From assembly GCA_963844205.1 (NCBI GenBank), contig CAWJNK010000017.1:31603-95602 (forward strand): DNA of 64,000 nucleotides, written 5' to 3'. The notes under the pieces were generated by a model. That model saw only the letters and a program-made list of their open reading frames with translations. It had not been told where the DNA came from and did no database searches. This document shows, piece after piece, positions 17,687 through 27,198 of this stretch. The stretch is from an uncultured Solirubrobacteraceae bacterium (GTDB lineage Bacteria > Actinomycetota > Thermoleophilia > Solirubrobacterales > Solirubrobacteraceae). The position numbers were made by a program, and so were the translations under genes. Positions within the stretch are counted from its first letter, which is position 1. Every line of letters starts with the position of its first letter.

Positions 17687-18568
17687 TCACTCCCGCAGCC
17701 GCGGAGCGCCCGACGTCTGCGGCGCGGTCAGCGGCAGCTCCCAGACCAACATGTCGGTTTCCAGCTCACGTGCCCGGAGCGCTCGCGCGCCGGGCGACTG
17801 CACCAGGTAGAAGACGCGGTCGCCGACGATCGCCGGCGACGTCGCCCCGGGATCGTGTGTCACCGTGGCGACCTGCCGGCCGGACGGCACGGCGAAGATC
17901 GACCAGGCATCGCCCGCGCCGACGAAGATGTGGGACCCGTCCACCGCCGGCTCCGTTACGAGGCCTTCGCCGCGCGCCAGCGTCGTCGAGCCGGGCTCGA
18001 GCACGAGCGTCTGCTCGCCGTTGCTCACGTCCCACTCCAGCCGGACCACGGTGTCGCCCGCGAGCCACGGCTGCTCGAGGTCGTCCGCGTCGAGCGGCGG
18101 CCGGCGGTAGGCCTGCGGGGTGGCGGCGACCGCCGTCACGGCGCCCGACTCGAGGTCGATCTCCGCGGCCCCGGCCTCGTCGCGCGTGGCGGCGCGCAGG
18201 ACGTGCGCGGGCGGCGGCGCCCCGCCGGCATAGCGGGAGCGGGCCTCCCACTCCAGGTGGAGGGTCGCGCCGGTCGCGCGCGCCCGCAGCCTGGACGGCT
18301 CCGTCGCCCACGAGGGCAGCGGCACGGGCTCGGACACCAGCACCGCTTCGCCGTCGCGCAGGACGACGACCTCGAGCGGCGCCGCGCGGACGGCGACGAG
18401 CCGGTCAGCGTCGGCCAGCACGGGCGTGCTCGCGGCGTCGCTGCGCCACAGCGGCCGCCCGTCCCCGAGCGCGACCGCCACGATGCCGGCGGCGTCCGCG
18501 ACGTACCCGGCCTCGCCCGCGGGATCGGCGACCCCGGCGGGGAACAGGACGGGCACGCGGTCGGACAT
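17687..18568 (-). CDS. hypothetical protein (possibly beta-rich/PQQ-propeller-like)
   Basis: 293 aa, 10 nt upstream of the BNR gene. It has short GDGRPLW / GDRVFY type strands. No confident family assignment. Confidence 0.55.
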   Translation of the reverse strand: MSDRVPVLFPAGVADPAGEAGYVADAAGIVAVALGDGRPLWRSDAASTPVLADADRLVAVRAAPLEVVVLRDGEAVLVSEPVPLPSWATEPSRLRARATGATLHLEWEARSRYAGGAPPPAHVLRAATRDEAGAAEIDLESGAVTAVAATPQAYRRPPLDADDLEQPWLAGDTVVRLEWDVSNGEQTLVLEPGSTTLARGEGLVTEPAVDGSHIFVGAGDAWSIFAVPSGRQVATVTHDPGATSPAIVGDRVFYLVQSPGARALRARELETDMLVWELPLTAPQTSGAPRLRE

Positions 18569-18584
18569 GGTCCGGCCGCCATCG

Positions 18585-18836
18585 CTAGCTCGTCCGCGTC
18601 GCGCGCGGCACGATGCGGCGGGCGACCAGCAGCCCGCACACGGACGCGAGCGCGACGAGCGGGATGTCGACGAGGACGAACGCCCAGCTCGTCTTGAACT
18701 CGCCGGTCACGACCGTGGCGAGCACGCCGAGCACGACCGCGAGCGCCGCGCCGACCCACAGACGCAGCGACGGCCGCAACGCCCCGAGCGCAAGGCCTAC
18801 CGCAAAGCCGCTCACCAGTGGCACGAGCTCCTGCAT
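18585..18836 (-). CDS. small integral membrane protein (about 3 TM)
   Basis: The internal ATG at 18834-18836 gives MQELVPLVSGFAVGLALGAL..., with three hydrophobic segments and a basic tail. The ORF track start at 18884 is also possible. Confidence 0.5.
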   Translation of the reverse strand: MQELVPLVSGFAVGLALGALRPSLRLWVGAALAVVLGVLATVVTGEFKTSWAFVLVDIPLVALASVCGLLVARRIVPRATRTS

Positions 18837-18904
18837 GGCGTCTCCTCTCCCGTCGTCGCCTGCGGTGACCTTATGCAGGCGCACCTGCTCCGGTCAAGGC
18901 GCGG

Positions 18905-21900
18905 TCAGGCTACCAGCGCGGCCAGCTGCCGCACGCCGAGCGAGAGGCCGGCGAGGTCGGACTCCCCCTCGCGGCTCAGCGCGCGCAGGAACGACTCCAG
19001 CCGCCCGGCCTGCGCCGCATGCTCGTGCAGGAAGTGCTCGACGGCGACGAGCGGGTCGGCGCCCGGGCTCTCGCGCAGCGCGGCCTCGGCGAGGTCGCGG
19101 CGCGCCTTCCACGCGTCCTCGCGCAGCGCCTGCAGCGCCCACCGCTGCATCCGCGTCGACGACCGGACGCGCGCCAGCTCCCGCTCCATCCAGTCCAGCC
19201 GCAGCTCGGCGCCGATCGCGAAGAACACGCGCGCCACCTCTTCGACGGAGCGGCCGGTGATCGAGGCCACCGCGATGACGTCGGGCGCATGGACCAGCTC
19301 GGCGCGCAGCGCGTGGGCGCGCGCGATCTCGGCGGGCACGCCCTCGCCGGTGAGTCGCTCGAGCTGCTCGTCGCGACGCCGCCGCCGCTCCTCGGTGCCG
19401 AGGTCCGGGAGGACCGCGCCCAGGCGCTCGAAGCCGTCGCGGCCCGCGGCGATCGTCTCCTCGAACGGCGCGCCCGGCGCGCACGTCAGGTACCAGCGGG
19501 CGGTCATCTCGACCAGCGCGTCGACGCCGCCGAGCAGCTGCATCTGCGTCGCGCGGTCGATGTTCTCGAGGCCCTCGATCGTCTCCCACGGCTCATCGGC
19601 GCTGGTTGCCTCGCAGGCGATCCGGAAGGCCCGCACGACCTCGGCCACGTCGGCCGAGCGCTCGGCCACGAGCTGCGACACGAACGTGGGCCCGAGTGCG
19701 TTCACGACCTGGTTGGCGTTGAGCATGCAGGTGAGCTGCGTGCGCAGCGGGTGGTCGGCCAGCAGGTGGCCGCACCGCTCGACGACCGCGGGCGGGAAGT
19801 AGGCCCGCAGGTCGCGCTCCAGCCATGGGTCGTCGGCGAACCCCGTCGCCTCCAGCGAGCGCGCGACCCACCGCTTGGCGTACGCGACGAGGATCGCCAG
19901 CTCAGGCCGCTGCATCCCCCGCCCGGCGCGGCGGCGCTCGGTGATCTCGTCGTTGCCCGGGAGGTTCTCGCTGGCGCGGTCGAGCAGGCCGGTCGCCTCC
20001 AGCAGCTCGATCAGGTCCTCGTACGCGAACATCCGCCCGGCCGACCGCTCGACCTCCTGGGCGATGATCTGTGCCTGCAGGAACGAGTCGTAGAGCACGT
20101 GCTCGACGACGTCGTCGGTGACCGCCTCGAGCAGCTCGTCGCGCTCGGCCCGGGTCATCTCGCCGCGCCGCTCGGCGAGGCCGAGCAGGATCTTGAGGTT
20201 GACCTCGTGGTCGGAGCAGTCGACGCCCGCCGAGTTGTCGATGAAGTCGGCGTTGATCAGCCCGCCGGCCGCCGCGAACTCGACCCGCGCGCGACGGGTG
20301 AAGCCGAGGTTGCCGCCCTCGCCCACCACCCGCGCGCGGAGCTCGGTCGCGTCGACGCGGATCGAGTCGCTCGAGCGGTCGCTGGCGTCGGCGTCGCTCT
20401 CGGTCGACGCCTTGACCACGGTGCCGATGCCGCCGTTCCAGAGCAGGTCGACGTCCGCGCGCAGGATCGCGCGGATCACCTCGTTGGGCGGGACGCGCTC
20501 CTCCTCGATGCCGAGCAGCTCACGGGCGCGATCGGGCAGCTCGATCCACTTCGCGTCGCGGCGGAACACGCCGCCGCCCGGGGACATCACGTCGCGCGAG
20601 TAGTCGTCCCACGAGGAGCCGGACATGTCGAACAGGCGCTTGCGCTCCGCGAACGAGGCGGCCGGGTCGGGATCGGGGTCGACGAACACGTGGCGGTGGT
20701 CGTACGCCGCGACGAGCTTGATCTTGTCCGACAGCAGCATGCCGTTGCCGAACACGTCGCCGGACATGTCGCCGATGCCGACCGCGGTGAACACGTCGGT
20801 GGCCGGGTCCATGCCGAGCTCGCGGAAGTGGCGCTTGACCGACTCCCAGGCGCCGCGCGCGGTGATCCCCAGCTTCTTGTGGTCGTAGCCGACCGAGCCG
20901 CCGGAGGCGAACGCGTCGTCGAGCCAGAAGCCGTACTCGGCGGAGACGGCGTTGGCGGTGTCGGAGAACGTCGCGGTGCCCTTGTCGGCCGCGACCACGA
21001 GGTAGGTGTCGTCCTCGTCGCGCACGCGGACCCGCTCCGGTTGCACGACCTGGCCGTCGACGAGGTTGTCGGTGACGTCGAGCAGCGACCGGATGTACGT
21101 GACGTACGACTCCTTGACCGCCTCGCGGGTGATCTCAGGCCGCTTGACGATAAAGCCACCCTTGGCGCCGGCCGGGACGATGATCGCGTTCTTGGTCAGC
21201 TGGGCGCGCATGAGGCCGTAGACCTCGGTGCGGTAGTCCATGCGGTCGGAGTGGCGGATGCCGCCGCGCGCGATCTTGCCGCCGCGCAGGTGGATCCCCT
21301 CCATGTCCTGCGCGTAGACGTAGATCTCGAACTCGGGCGCGGGCATCGGGATCGCGGGGACGTCGGCCGAGCGCAGCTTGAACGCGGTGGCGCCGCGCTC
21401 GGGCTTGTAGGCGCTCGTGCGCAGCGTCGCGTCGATCGCGCCGAGCTGGTTGCGCAGGATCCGGTCGTGGTCGATCGACGCGACCTCCTCGAGGTCGGCG
21501 AGGATCTCGTCGCGCAGCTCGCGCTCGGCCTCCTCGTCGGTCTCGATGTCGGGGTCGAACCGCAGCTCGAAGTACCGCACGAGCTTGGCCGTGATCGGCG
21601 AGTTCGCGACCAGCACGTCGTTCTGGTAGCCCTCGGTGAAGCGCGAGCCGATCCGCTGGCGGTACTTGCGGTACGCGCGCATGATCGCGACCTGTCCCCG
21701 GTCGAGGCCGGCGGTGATCACCAGGCGGTTGAGCGGGTCGGACTCGTCGTCACCCCGGTACACCGCCGCGATCGCCTCCGCCACGCGGTCGCCGACGTCC
21801 TCGAGGTCGAGCGGGTCCTCGCCCGGGCCGAGCACGCGGAACTCCTGCACCCACATCTCCTGCGGCCCACGCAGGCGGGTGGAGATCTCCTCGATCACGC

Positions 21901-23659
21901 GCAGGCCGAGGTCCTCGAGCATCGGCATCGCCCGCGAGAGCTCGATCTTGGCGCCGCGCTTGTAGAGCGCCACCCTCGTCGGCCGCTCGTCGCCGATCGG
22001 ATGGAGGCTGACCACGAACGACTCGCCCTTGTCGAGGCGCGTGAAGCACGCGACGTCGATCGCCGCCAGCTCCGGCCTCGTGTAGCCCTTGTAGTGGTCG
22101 GGGAAGCGGGAGGCCCAGGTGCGGGCCAGGGCGCGGCCGCCCTTGCCGAGCGCATCGGCGAGCTCGTCGTCCCACGTGCGGGCGAGCGCGATCGCCTCCT
22201 CCTCGAGGTCGCGCATGGGGAGCTCGGGCAGCCCCCCGGCCGTGTGGACGAAGAAGTGCACGCGCACGCGCTCGCCCTCGTCGAGCACGTGGTGGGCCTC
22301 GACGCCCGCGGTGTCGAAGCGCTCACGCAGGAGCGCGCTGGCCCGCGACACGAGCGGGGCGCTGTAGCGGGCACGCGGGAGCGAGAGGATGATCGACGCG
22401 CTGCGGCCGTCGGCGTCGCGCCGGCCCAGCAGCCGCACCTTGTCGGAGCCCTCGAGCCCGATCAGCGCGACGACCGCGCGCCGCAGGTCGTCGATCGGGG
22501 CCGCAAACAGCTCCTCCTTCGGGAACGTGTCGAACAGCGTGACCGCCGCCTTGTAGTCGTGCGAGCCCTCGATCAGGTCTTCCGCGTCGAGCGCTTGGCG
22601 CAGCTTGCGGTGCAGGAGCGGCGTGTCGGACGCTCGCTCGGCGAACGCCTTCGACGTGAAGAGCCCGAGTAGCCGCGACTCGCCGACGATCTCGCCCGCG
22701 CGCGAGACCCGCTTGACGCCGATGTAGTCCATGCGCTCGAGCTTGTGCACCGGCGAGACGGCGTTGGTCTTGGCCACCATCAGCAGGTCGCCGCTCGTGG
22801 CGCGCTCGCGCACCCCGGGCGGGAGCTGTGAGAGCGGCACCGGCGTGCAGAACGTGGACTGGTCCTCGTCGCTGAGGATCCCCAGGCCCGATCCCGAGAT
22901 CACGCTGATCGCGTCGTTGGAGATGTCGTACTCGCGCGCGCCCAGCAGCACGAAGTTGCCCTTGAGCAGCCACTCGAGGAAGTCGGCGACCTCGTGGACC
23001 TCGTCGCGCGGGTAGCGGGCGGTGCCGGCGCGGGCGACGGTGATCATGTCGTCCACGCGCTCCGACATCGCCTCGAAGTCGGTCACGACCCCGCGCACGG
23101 CCTGCAGCGCGTCGCGGACGGCGTGATCGACCTCCTCCAGCTGCTCGTCGTTCAGCCGGCGCGCGAGGTCGAAGTGCATGACCGACTCGCGGTGCCGCGC
23201 GTCGCGCGCGCGTCCGACCGCGGCGATCCGGCCGTCGCCGTCGCGCTCCACGCCGATCACCGGGTGCAGCAGCCGTGCGACCTCGAGCCGGTGCGACTCG
23301 AGCGCGCCCGACACCGAGTCGACCAGGAACGGCCAGTCGTCGGTGTTCGTCTCCACGACCGAGCCGAGCGGCTCGTAGCCGTGCTCGGCGAGCGTCGGGT
23401 TGAACGCGCGCACCGCGATCGGCTCGGCGCCGCGCGCCGACGCGAACTCGAACGCGCCGAGCACCTCGGCGAGCAGCTGGTCGGGCGCGATGCCCTCGGA
23501 CGCGTCGCCGGAGAGCCGGCGCAGGTAGGCCTCGGCGAACGCGCGCACGGCGTCCGCGCGATCGGCCGGAACACGCGCTTCGATCAGCTCGAGCAGCCTG
23601 GTCGCCGGCGAGAGGCCGGCTTCGGTCTCCTCCGCAAGGCTCACTGCACGTCCAATCAT
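18905..23659 (-). CDS. gdh: NAD-specific glutamate dehydrogenase, large (about 1600 aa) Bac_GDH type
   Basis: ORF 18905..23758. The catalytic block is RGGIRHSDRMDYRTEVYGLMRAQLTKNAIIVPAGAKGGF...ADKGTATFSD. The likely start is the ATG at 23657-23659 (MIGRAVSLAEE), which avoids overlap with pckG. Confidence 0.9.
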   Translation of the reverse strand: MIGRAVSLAEETEAGLSPATRLLELIEARVPADRADAVRAFAEAYLRRLSGDASEGIAPDQLLAEVLGAFEFASARGAEPIAVRAFNPTLAEHGYEPLGSVVETNTDDWPFLVDSVSGALESHRLEVARLLHPVIGVERDGDGRIAAVGRARDARHRESVMHFDLARRLNDEQLEEVDHAVRDALQAVRGVVTDFEAMSERVDDMITVARAGTARYPRDEVHEVADFLEWLLKGNFVLLGAREYDISNDAISVISGSGLGILSDEDQSTFCTPVPLSQLPPGVRERATSGDLLMVAKTNAVSPVHKLERMDYIGVKRVSRAGEIVGESRLLGLFTSKAFAERASDTPLLHRKLRQALDAEDLIEGSHDYKAAVTLFDTFPKEELFAAPIDDLRRAVVALIGLEGSDKVRLLGRRDADGRSASIILSLPRARYSAPLVSRASALLRERFDTAGVEAHHVLDEGERVRVHFFVHTAGGLPELPMRDLEEEAIALARTWDDELADALGKGGRALARTWASRFPDHYKGYTRPELAAIDVACFTRLDKGESFVVSLHPIGDERPTRVALYKRGAKIELSRAMPMLEDLGLRVIEEISTRLRGPQEMWVQEFRVLGPGEDPLDLEDVGDRVAEAIAAVYRGDDESDPLNRLVITAGLDRGQVAIMRAYRKYRQRIGSRFTEGYQNDVLVANSPITAKLVRYFELRFDPDIETDEEAERELRDEILADLEEVASIDHDRILRNQLGAIDATLRTSAYKPERGATAFKLRSADVPAIPMPAPEFEIYVYAQDMEGIHLRGGKIARGGIRHSDRMDYRTEVYGLMRAQLTKNAIIVPAGAKGGFIVKRPEITREAVKESYVTYIRSLLDVTDNLVDGQVVQPERVRVRDEDDTYLVVAADKGTATFSDTANAVSAEYGFWLDDAFASGGSVGYDHKKLGITARGAWESVKRHFRELGMDPATDVFTAVGIGDMSGDVFGNGMLLSDKIKLVAAYDHRHVFVDPDPDPAASFAERKRLFDMSGSSWDDYSRDVMSPGGGVFRRDAKWIELPDRARELLGIEEERVPPNEVIRAILRADVDLLWNGGIGTVVKASTESDADASDRSSDSIRVDATELRARVVGEGGNLGFTRRARVEFAAAGGLINADFIDNSAGVDCSDHEVNLKILLGLAERRGEMTRAERDELLEAVTDDVVEHVLYDSFLQAQIIAQEVERSAGRMFAYEDLIELLEATGLLDRASENLPGNDEITERRRAGRGMQRPELAILVAYAKRWVARSLEATGFADDPWLERDLRAYFPPAVVERCGHLLADHPLRTQLTCMLNANQVVNALGPTFVSQLVAERSADVAEVVRAFRIACEATSADEPWETIEGLENIDRATQMQLLGGVDALVEMTARWYLTCAPGAPFEETIAAGRDGFERLGAVLPDLGTEERRRRRDEQLERLTGEGVPAEIARAHALRAELVHAPDVIAVASITGRSVEEVARVFFAIGAELRLDWMERELARVRSSTRMQRWALQALREDAWKARRDLAEAALRESPGADPLVAVEHFLHEHAAQAGRLESFLRALSREGESDLAGLSLGVRQLAALVA

Positions 23660-23675
23660 GCCCTGCCGGGCCGGT

Positions 23676-25514
23676 CTATGCCAGCTTGCGCTGCAGCGTC
23701 TCGAACTGCCCGCGGATCTCGGCCGGCAGACGGTCGCCGAAGCGGTCGAGGAACTCACCGACCTGGGCGAGCTCGGCGCGCAGCCCGTCCTCGTCGACGC
23801 TCAGCAGCTCCTCCAGGCGCTCGGGCGCGATGTCGAGGCCGCCGGTGTCGACGTCCTCGGGGCGTGGGACGCAGCCGATCGGGGTCTCCCTGCCGCCCGC
23901 GTCGCCGTCGAGGCGGCGGAAGATCCACGCAAGGACCCGCGAGTTCTCGCCGAAGCCGGGCCACAGGAACTTGCCGTCGTCGTCCTTGCGGAACCAGTTG
24001 ACCATGTAGACGCGGGGCAGCCTGGTGCCTTCGCGGCGGCCGAGCTCGAGCCAGTGGCCGAAGTAGTCGGCCATGTTGTAGCCGCAGAACGGGAGCATCG
24101 CCATCGGGTCGAAGCGCAGCGCGCCGACCTCGCCGGCCGCGGCCGCGGTGGTCTCCGCGCTCATCGTGGCCCCGATGAACGTGCCGTGCTCCCAGTCGAA
24201 CGCCTCGCGCACGAGCGGCACCACGCTCGCGCGGCGGCCGCCGAAAAGGAACGCGTCGATCGGGACGCCGGCGGGGTCCTCCCACTCGGGCGCGATCGAC
24301 GGGCACTGAGCCGCGGGCGTCGTGAAGCGGGCGTTCGGGTGGGCGGCGCGGGTGCCGGACTCGGGCGTCCAGTCCTGGCCCTTCCAGTCGAGCACGTGCT
24401 CCGGCGGCTCGGGCGTGCCGCCCTCCCACCAGATGTCGCCGTCGTCGGTCTTCGCGCAGTTCGTGAAGATGGTGTTCTTGCGGACGGTCTGGATCGCGTT
24501 CGGGTTGGTGGCGTGGCTGGTGTTGGGCGCGACGCCGAAGAAGCCGGCCTCGGGGTTGACGGCGTAGAGGCGGCCGTCGTCGCCGACCTTCATCCACGCG
24601 ATGTCGTCGCCGATCGTCTCGACGGACCAGCCCGGCAGGCTCGGCACCATCATCGCGAGGTTGGTCTTGCCGGACGCGCTCGGGAACGCGCCGGTCATGT
24701 ACTTGTGCGCACCCTCCGGCGAGGTGACCTTGATGATCAGCATGTGCTCGGCGAGCCAGCCCTCGTCGCGGGCCATGGCGGAGGCGATGCGGAGCGCGAG
24801 GCACTTCTTGCCGAGCAGCGCGTTGCCGCCGTAGCCCGAGCCGAACGACCAGATCTCGCGCGTCTCGGGGAAGTGGACGATGTACTTGTCCTCGTTGCAC
24901 GGCCAGGAGCTCGTGTCGTTCGGCGCGCCGACGGAGTGCAGGCAGGGCACGAAGTCGCCGTCCGGGCCGAGGACGTCCAGGGCACCCTTCCCCATGCGGG
25001 TCATGATCCGCATGCTGGTGGCGACGTACGCGGAGTCCGTGAGCTGAACGCCGATCTCGGCGATCGGTGAGCCGAGCGGCCCCATGCTGAAGGGGACGAC
25101 GTACATCGTGTGACCGCGCATCGCGCCGCGGAACTTCTCGGTCAGGAGCTCGCGCATCTCCGCGGGGTCGCGCCAGTGGTTGGTCGGGCCGGCGTCGGCC
25201 TCGCGCTGCGAGCAGATGAACGTGCGGTCCTCCACGCGCGCGACGTCGCTGGGGTCCGACAGCGCGAGGTAGGAGTTGGGCCGCTTGGCCTGGTTGAGAC
25301 GCTCGAAGGTCCCGGCGTCGACGAGGTGCTGTGCGAGCCGGTCGTATTCCTCCGCCGAGCCGTCGCACCAGTGGATCGAGTCCGGCTGGGTGAGCTGGGC
25401 CACCTCCTCGACCCAGCGCAGCAGCTTCTGGTTGGAGGTCGGGGCGGTGGTCTCGATCGTCACGGTTGCAGTCAACCTCTCAGTGTTCGGGAGGGGAAGA
25501 TGGGACTCTCTCAC
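23676..25514 (-). CDS. pckG: phosphoenolpyruvate carboxykinase (GTP)
   Basis: Blocks [27 protein letters not shown] and [26 protein letters not shown] are present. The true start is probably the GTG at 25461-25463 (VTIETTAPT). Confidence 0.92.
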   Translation of the reverse strand: MRESHLPLPNTERLTATVTIETTAPTSNQKLLRWVEEVAQLTQPDSIHWCDGSAEEYDRLAQHLVDAGTFERLNQAKRPNSYLALSDPSDVARVEDRTFICSQREADAGPTNHWRDPAEMRELLTEKFRGAMRGHTMYVVPFSMGPLGSPIAEIGVQLTDSAYVATSMRIMTRMGKGALDVLGPDGDFVPCLHSVGAPNDTSSWPCNEDKYIVHFPETREIWSFGSGYGGNALLGKKCLALRIASAMARDEGWLAEHMLIIKVTSPEGAHKYMTGAFPSASGKTNLAMMVPSLPGWSVETIGDDIAWMKVGDDGRLYAVNPEAGFFGVAPNTSHATNPNAIQTVRKNTIFTNCAKTDDGDIWWEGGTPEPPEHVLDWKGQDWTPESGTRAAHPNARFTTPAAQCPSIAPEWEDPAGVPIDAFLFGGRRASVVPLVREAFDWEHGTFIGATMSAETTAAAAGEVGALRFDPMAMLPFCGYNMADYFGHWLELGRREGTRLPRVYMVNWFRKDDDGKFLWPGFGENSRVLAWIFRRLDGDAGGRETPIGCVPRPEDVDTGGLDIAPERLEELLSVDEDGLRAELAQVGEFLDRFGDRLPAEIRGQFETLQRKLA

Positions 25515-25574
25515 ACGGATGAGCGCCAGGATTCGATAGGCAGACCGATTAAGGAACTGGAGAATCGTCTAGGC

Positions 25575-26831
25575 ATGTTCCGTTTCTCACGGTCCAGCAT
25601 CGGTGTCCTGCGAACGGCACGGTGGTATCCGCTAGCGCTGACGGTCGTCCTCGCGGTGTCCGCGGGCGAACCCACCGTGGCGTTCGCGGCGGCGCCGTCG
25701 CCGGCGGCCGGCGACGGGTTCCCAGTCCCGGCGCTGCTCGGCGGGATGGTGCTCGCGTTCGCCGTCGGCCTGACCGCCGCGCAGGTGCGGCGCCGCCGCC
25801 GTGCCGCGCCGCCGCCGGCCGAGACCGTTGGCACCGCCGAGCCCCCGCCCCCCGAGCCCGCCCCGCCTCCGCGGCCTTGGGAGGCCTGGGTCGAGCGGCC
25901 GCGTACCGAACCCGCCGCGACGCCCGAGCCCCCGCCCCCCGAACCGGAAGCGACACCCGAGCCCCCGCCCCCCGAACCGGAAGCGACACCCGAGCCCCCG
26001 CCCCCCGAACCGGAAGCGACACCCGAGCCCCCGCCCCCGCAGCCCGCCGCCCCACCCGAGCCCCCGGAGCCCGCCCGGCCGGAGCCCCCGCCGCCCGAGC
26101 CTGCCGCGCCGCGGCGCCCCGCGCCGCCCCCGAAGCCCGCCGCCCCGCGGCGCCCTGCGCCGCCGCCCCCGAAGCCCGCCGCCCCGTCGCGGCCGCGGCC
26201 GCGCGTGGTGCGGCTCGAGCCGCCGCGCGCGGCCCCGCCGCCGCCACCGCCACCCGTCGAGCCGGTCGAGCCGGCCTGGGTCCCGCCCGAGCCGGTCGAC
26301 CCGGCCGCTCGTCCGGCGCGGGGACCCGCCGCGGCGCCCGACCCCGCGCTACTGCAGGCACCTGAGGCGCCGGTCCCGGACGAGGCGGCGCCGGCCGCCG
26401 CCGCGCCCGAGCGCGAGCTCGACGAGGCGCCTGAGTCTCCCGTCGGGCGACCGTCCGTGCGGCCGGCGCCGCGCGACGAGCCATGGCCAGACGAAGCGCA
26501 GACCCACTGGACCTGCGAGATCGTGTGGAAGGCCGGCTACGTCAAGTCCAGCTTCCGGGCGATGGCGGGCGCGCCGGGATCGTCGCGACGGCGCCAGATC
26601 GGGGAGTCCCCGCCGCTGCGGTGGACGCTGATGACCGACCCCGACCCTCCAACGGCGGAGATGGTTGCCGGCGTCCGCGCCCTCGTGGACGCGCTCATCG
26701 CCGACGGGTGGGAGCGGACCGGCTCCGCGGGACAGTGGTACGCGCAGCGCTTCCTGTGGCGCGGCAGCGGCCGGCCCGGGAGCGTCGTGGTCGAGCCGCC
26801 GATGGACGCCGGTGAGGCGTCCTCAGCCTGA
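25575..26831 (+). CDS. membrane-anchored proline-rich repeat protein with C-terminal globular domain
   Basis: The ATG at 25575 lies inside ORF 25110..26831. The order is signal-like segment, short linker, TM (ALLGGMVLAFAVGLTAA), RRRRR, about 230 aa of Pro-rich repeats (ATPEPPPPEPE x3, PRRPAPPPKPAA x2), then a non-repetitive C-terminal domain (HWTCEIVWKAGY...QWYAQRFLWRG). Confidence 0.65.
   Translation: MFRFSRSSIGVLRTARWYPLALTVVLAVSAGEPTVAFAAAPSPAAGDGFPVPALLGGMVLAFAVGLTAAQVRRRRRAAPPPAETVGTAEPPPPEPAPPPRPWEAWVERPRTEPAATPEPPPPEPEATPEPPPPEPEATPEPPPPEPEATPEPPPPQPAAPPEPPEPARPEPPPPEPAAPRRPAPPPKPAAPRRPAPPPPKPAAPSRPRPRVVRLEPPRAAPPPPPPPVEPVEPAWVPPEPVDPAARPARGPAAAPDPALLQAPEAPVPDEAAPAAAAPERELDEAPESPVGRPSVRPAPRDEPWPDEAQTHWTCEIVWKAGYVKSSFRAMAGAPGSSRRRQIGESPPLRWTLMTDPDPPTAEMVAGVRALVDALIADGWERTGSAGQWYAQRFLWRGSGRPGSVVVEPPMDAGEASSA
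25918..26040 (+). repeat. 33-bp tandem repeat, about 3.7 copies, inside the proline-rich CDS
   Basis: The unit is CGACACCCGAGCCCCCGCCCCCCGAACCGGAAG. Copies at 25951-25983 and 25984-26016 are identical, the first copy (25918-25950) differs by 1 nt, and a partial fourth copy follows. Confidence 0.9.
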
Positions 26832-26882
26832 CACCAAGGTCGCGCCAAGGATTCGACAAGCGCGGGAGAGGACGCTGTGCCC

Positions 26883-27122
26883 ATGTTCCGCGTCATCGCC
26901 ACGACCACCGCCGCCGTCCTGATCTTCGCCGCCCCCGCCGCCGCGTCGACGGCCACCGCCGGCCCGAGCCCGACGCCGCTGATCCTCGAGCTCATCCTGG
27001 CCGCCACCGTCGTCGCCGGCATGGCGATCCGGCGCCCGGTCGTGCGAGCGATCACGACGCTGCGTCGCCGGATCGGCGCCGCCCGGCCGGGCTCCCGCCA
27101 GACGGCTCGCGCCCGCGTCTGA
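26883..27122 (+). CDS. small membrane protein (signal-like segment, TM, Arg-rich tail)
   Basis: The product is MFRVIATTTAAVLIFAAPAAASTATAGPSPTPLILELILAATVVAGMAIRRPVVR.... It shares the ATGTTCCG start and an upstream motif with the preceding gene. The ORF track start is the GTG at 26877. Confidence 0.45.
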   Translation: MFRVIATTTAAVLIFAAPAAASTATAGPSPTPLILELILAATVVAGMAIRRPVVRAITTLRRRIGAARPGSRQTARARV

Positions 27123-27198
27123 CGCGCGGGCGGGCCGGACTACCCGGCATCAGACGGCTCGCGCCCGCGTCTGACGCGCGGCGCGGGCCTACCCCGCG
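27099..27198. repeat. ~52-bp tandem duplication with 31-bp identical core containing GC hairpins
   Basis: CAGACGGCTCGCGCCCGCGTCTGACGCGCGG occurs at 27099-27129 and again at 27151-27181. Copy 1 contains the stop of the small ORF. Copy 2 abuts the MaoC stop on the other strand. Confidence 0.85.

Noticed and set aside
15292-18588. 1098-aa plus-strand ORF spanning the BNR gene region
   Set aside because: Its composition is extremely Arg/Ala/Gly/Pro-rich with no recognisable domains. It runs antisense to ORFs with clear Asp-box repeats and proper coding bias. This is a typical off-frame open reading in high-GC DNA.
19019-22672. 1217-aa plus-strand ORF antisense to gdh
   Set aside because: It is opposite a 1600-aa ORF with unmistakable NAD-GDH blocks. 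Its translation is low-complexity (R/A/V/D/G-rich) with no motifs.
25918-26040. Possible CRISPR or non-coding satellite
   Set aside because: The repeats are in frame inside a CDS, contiguous, and encode a Pro-rich peptide repeat.
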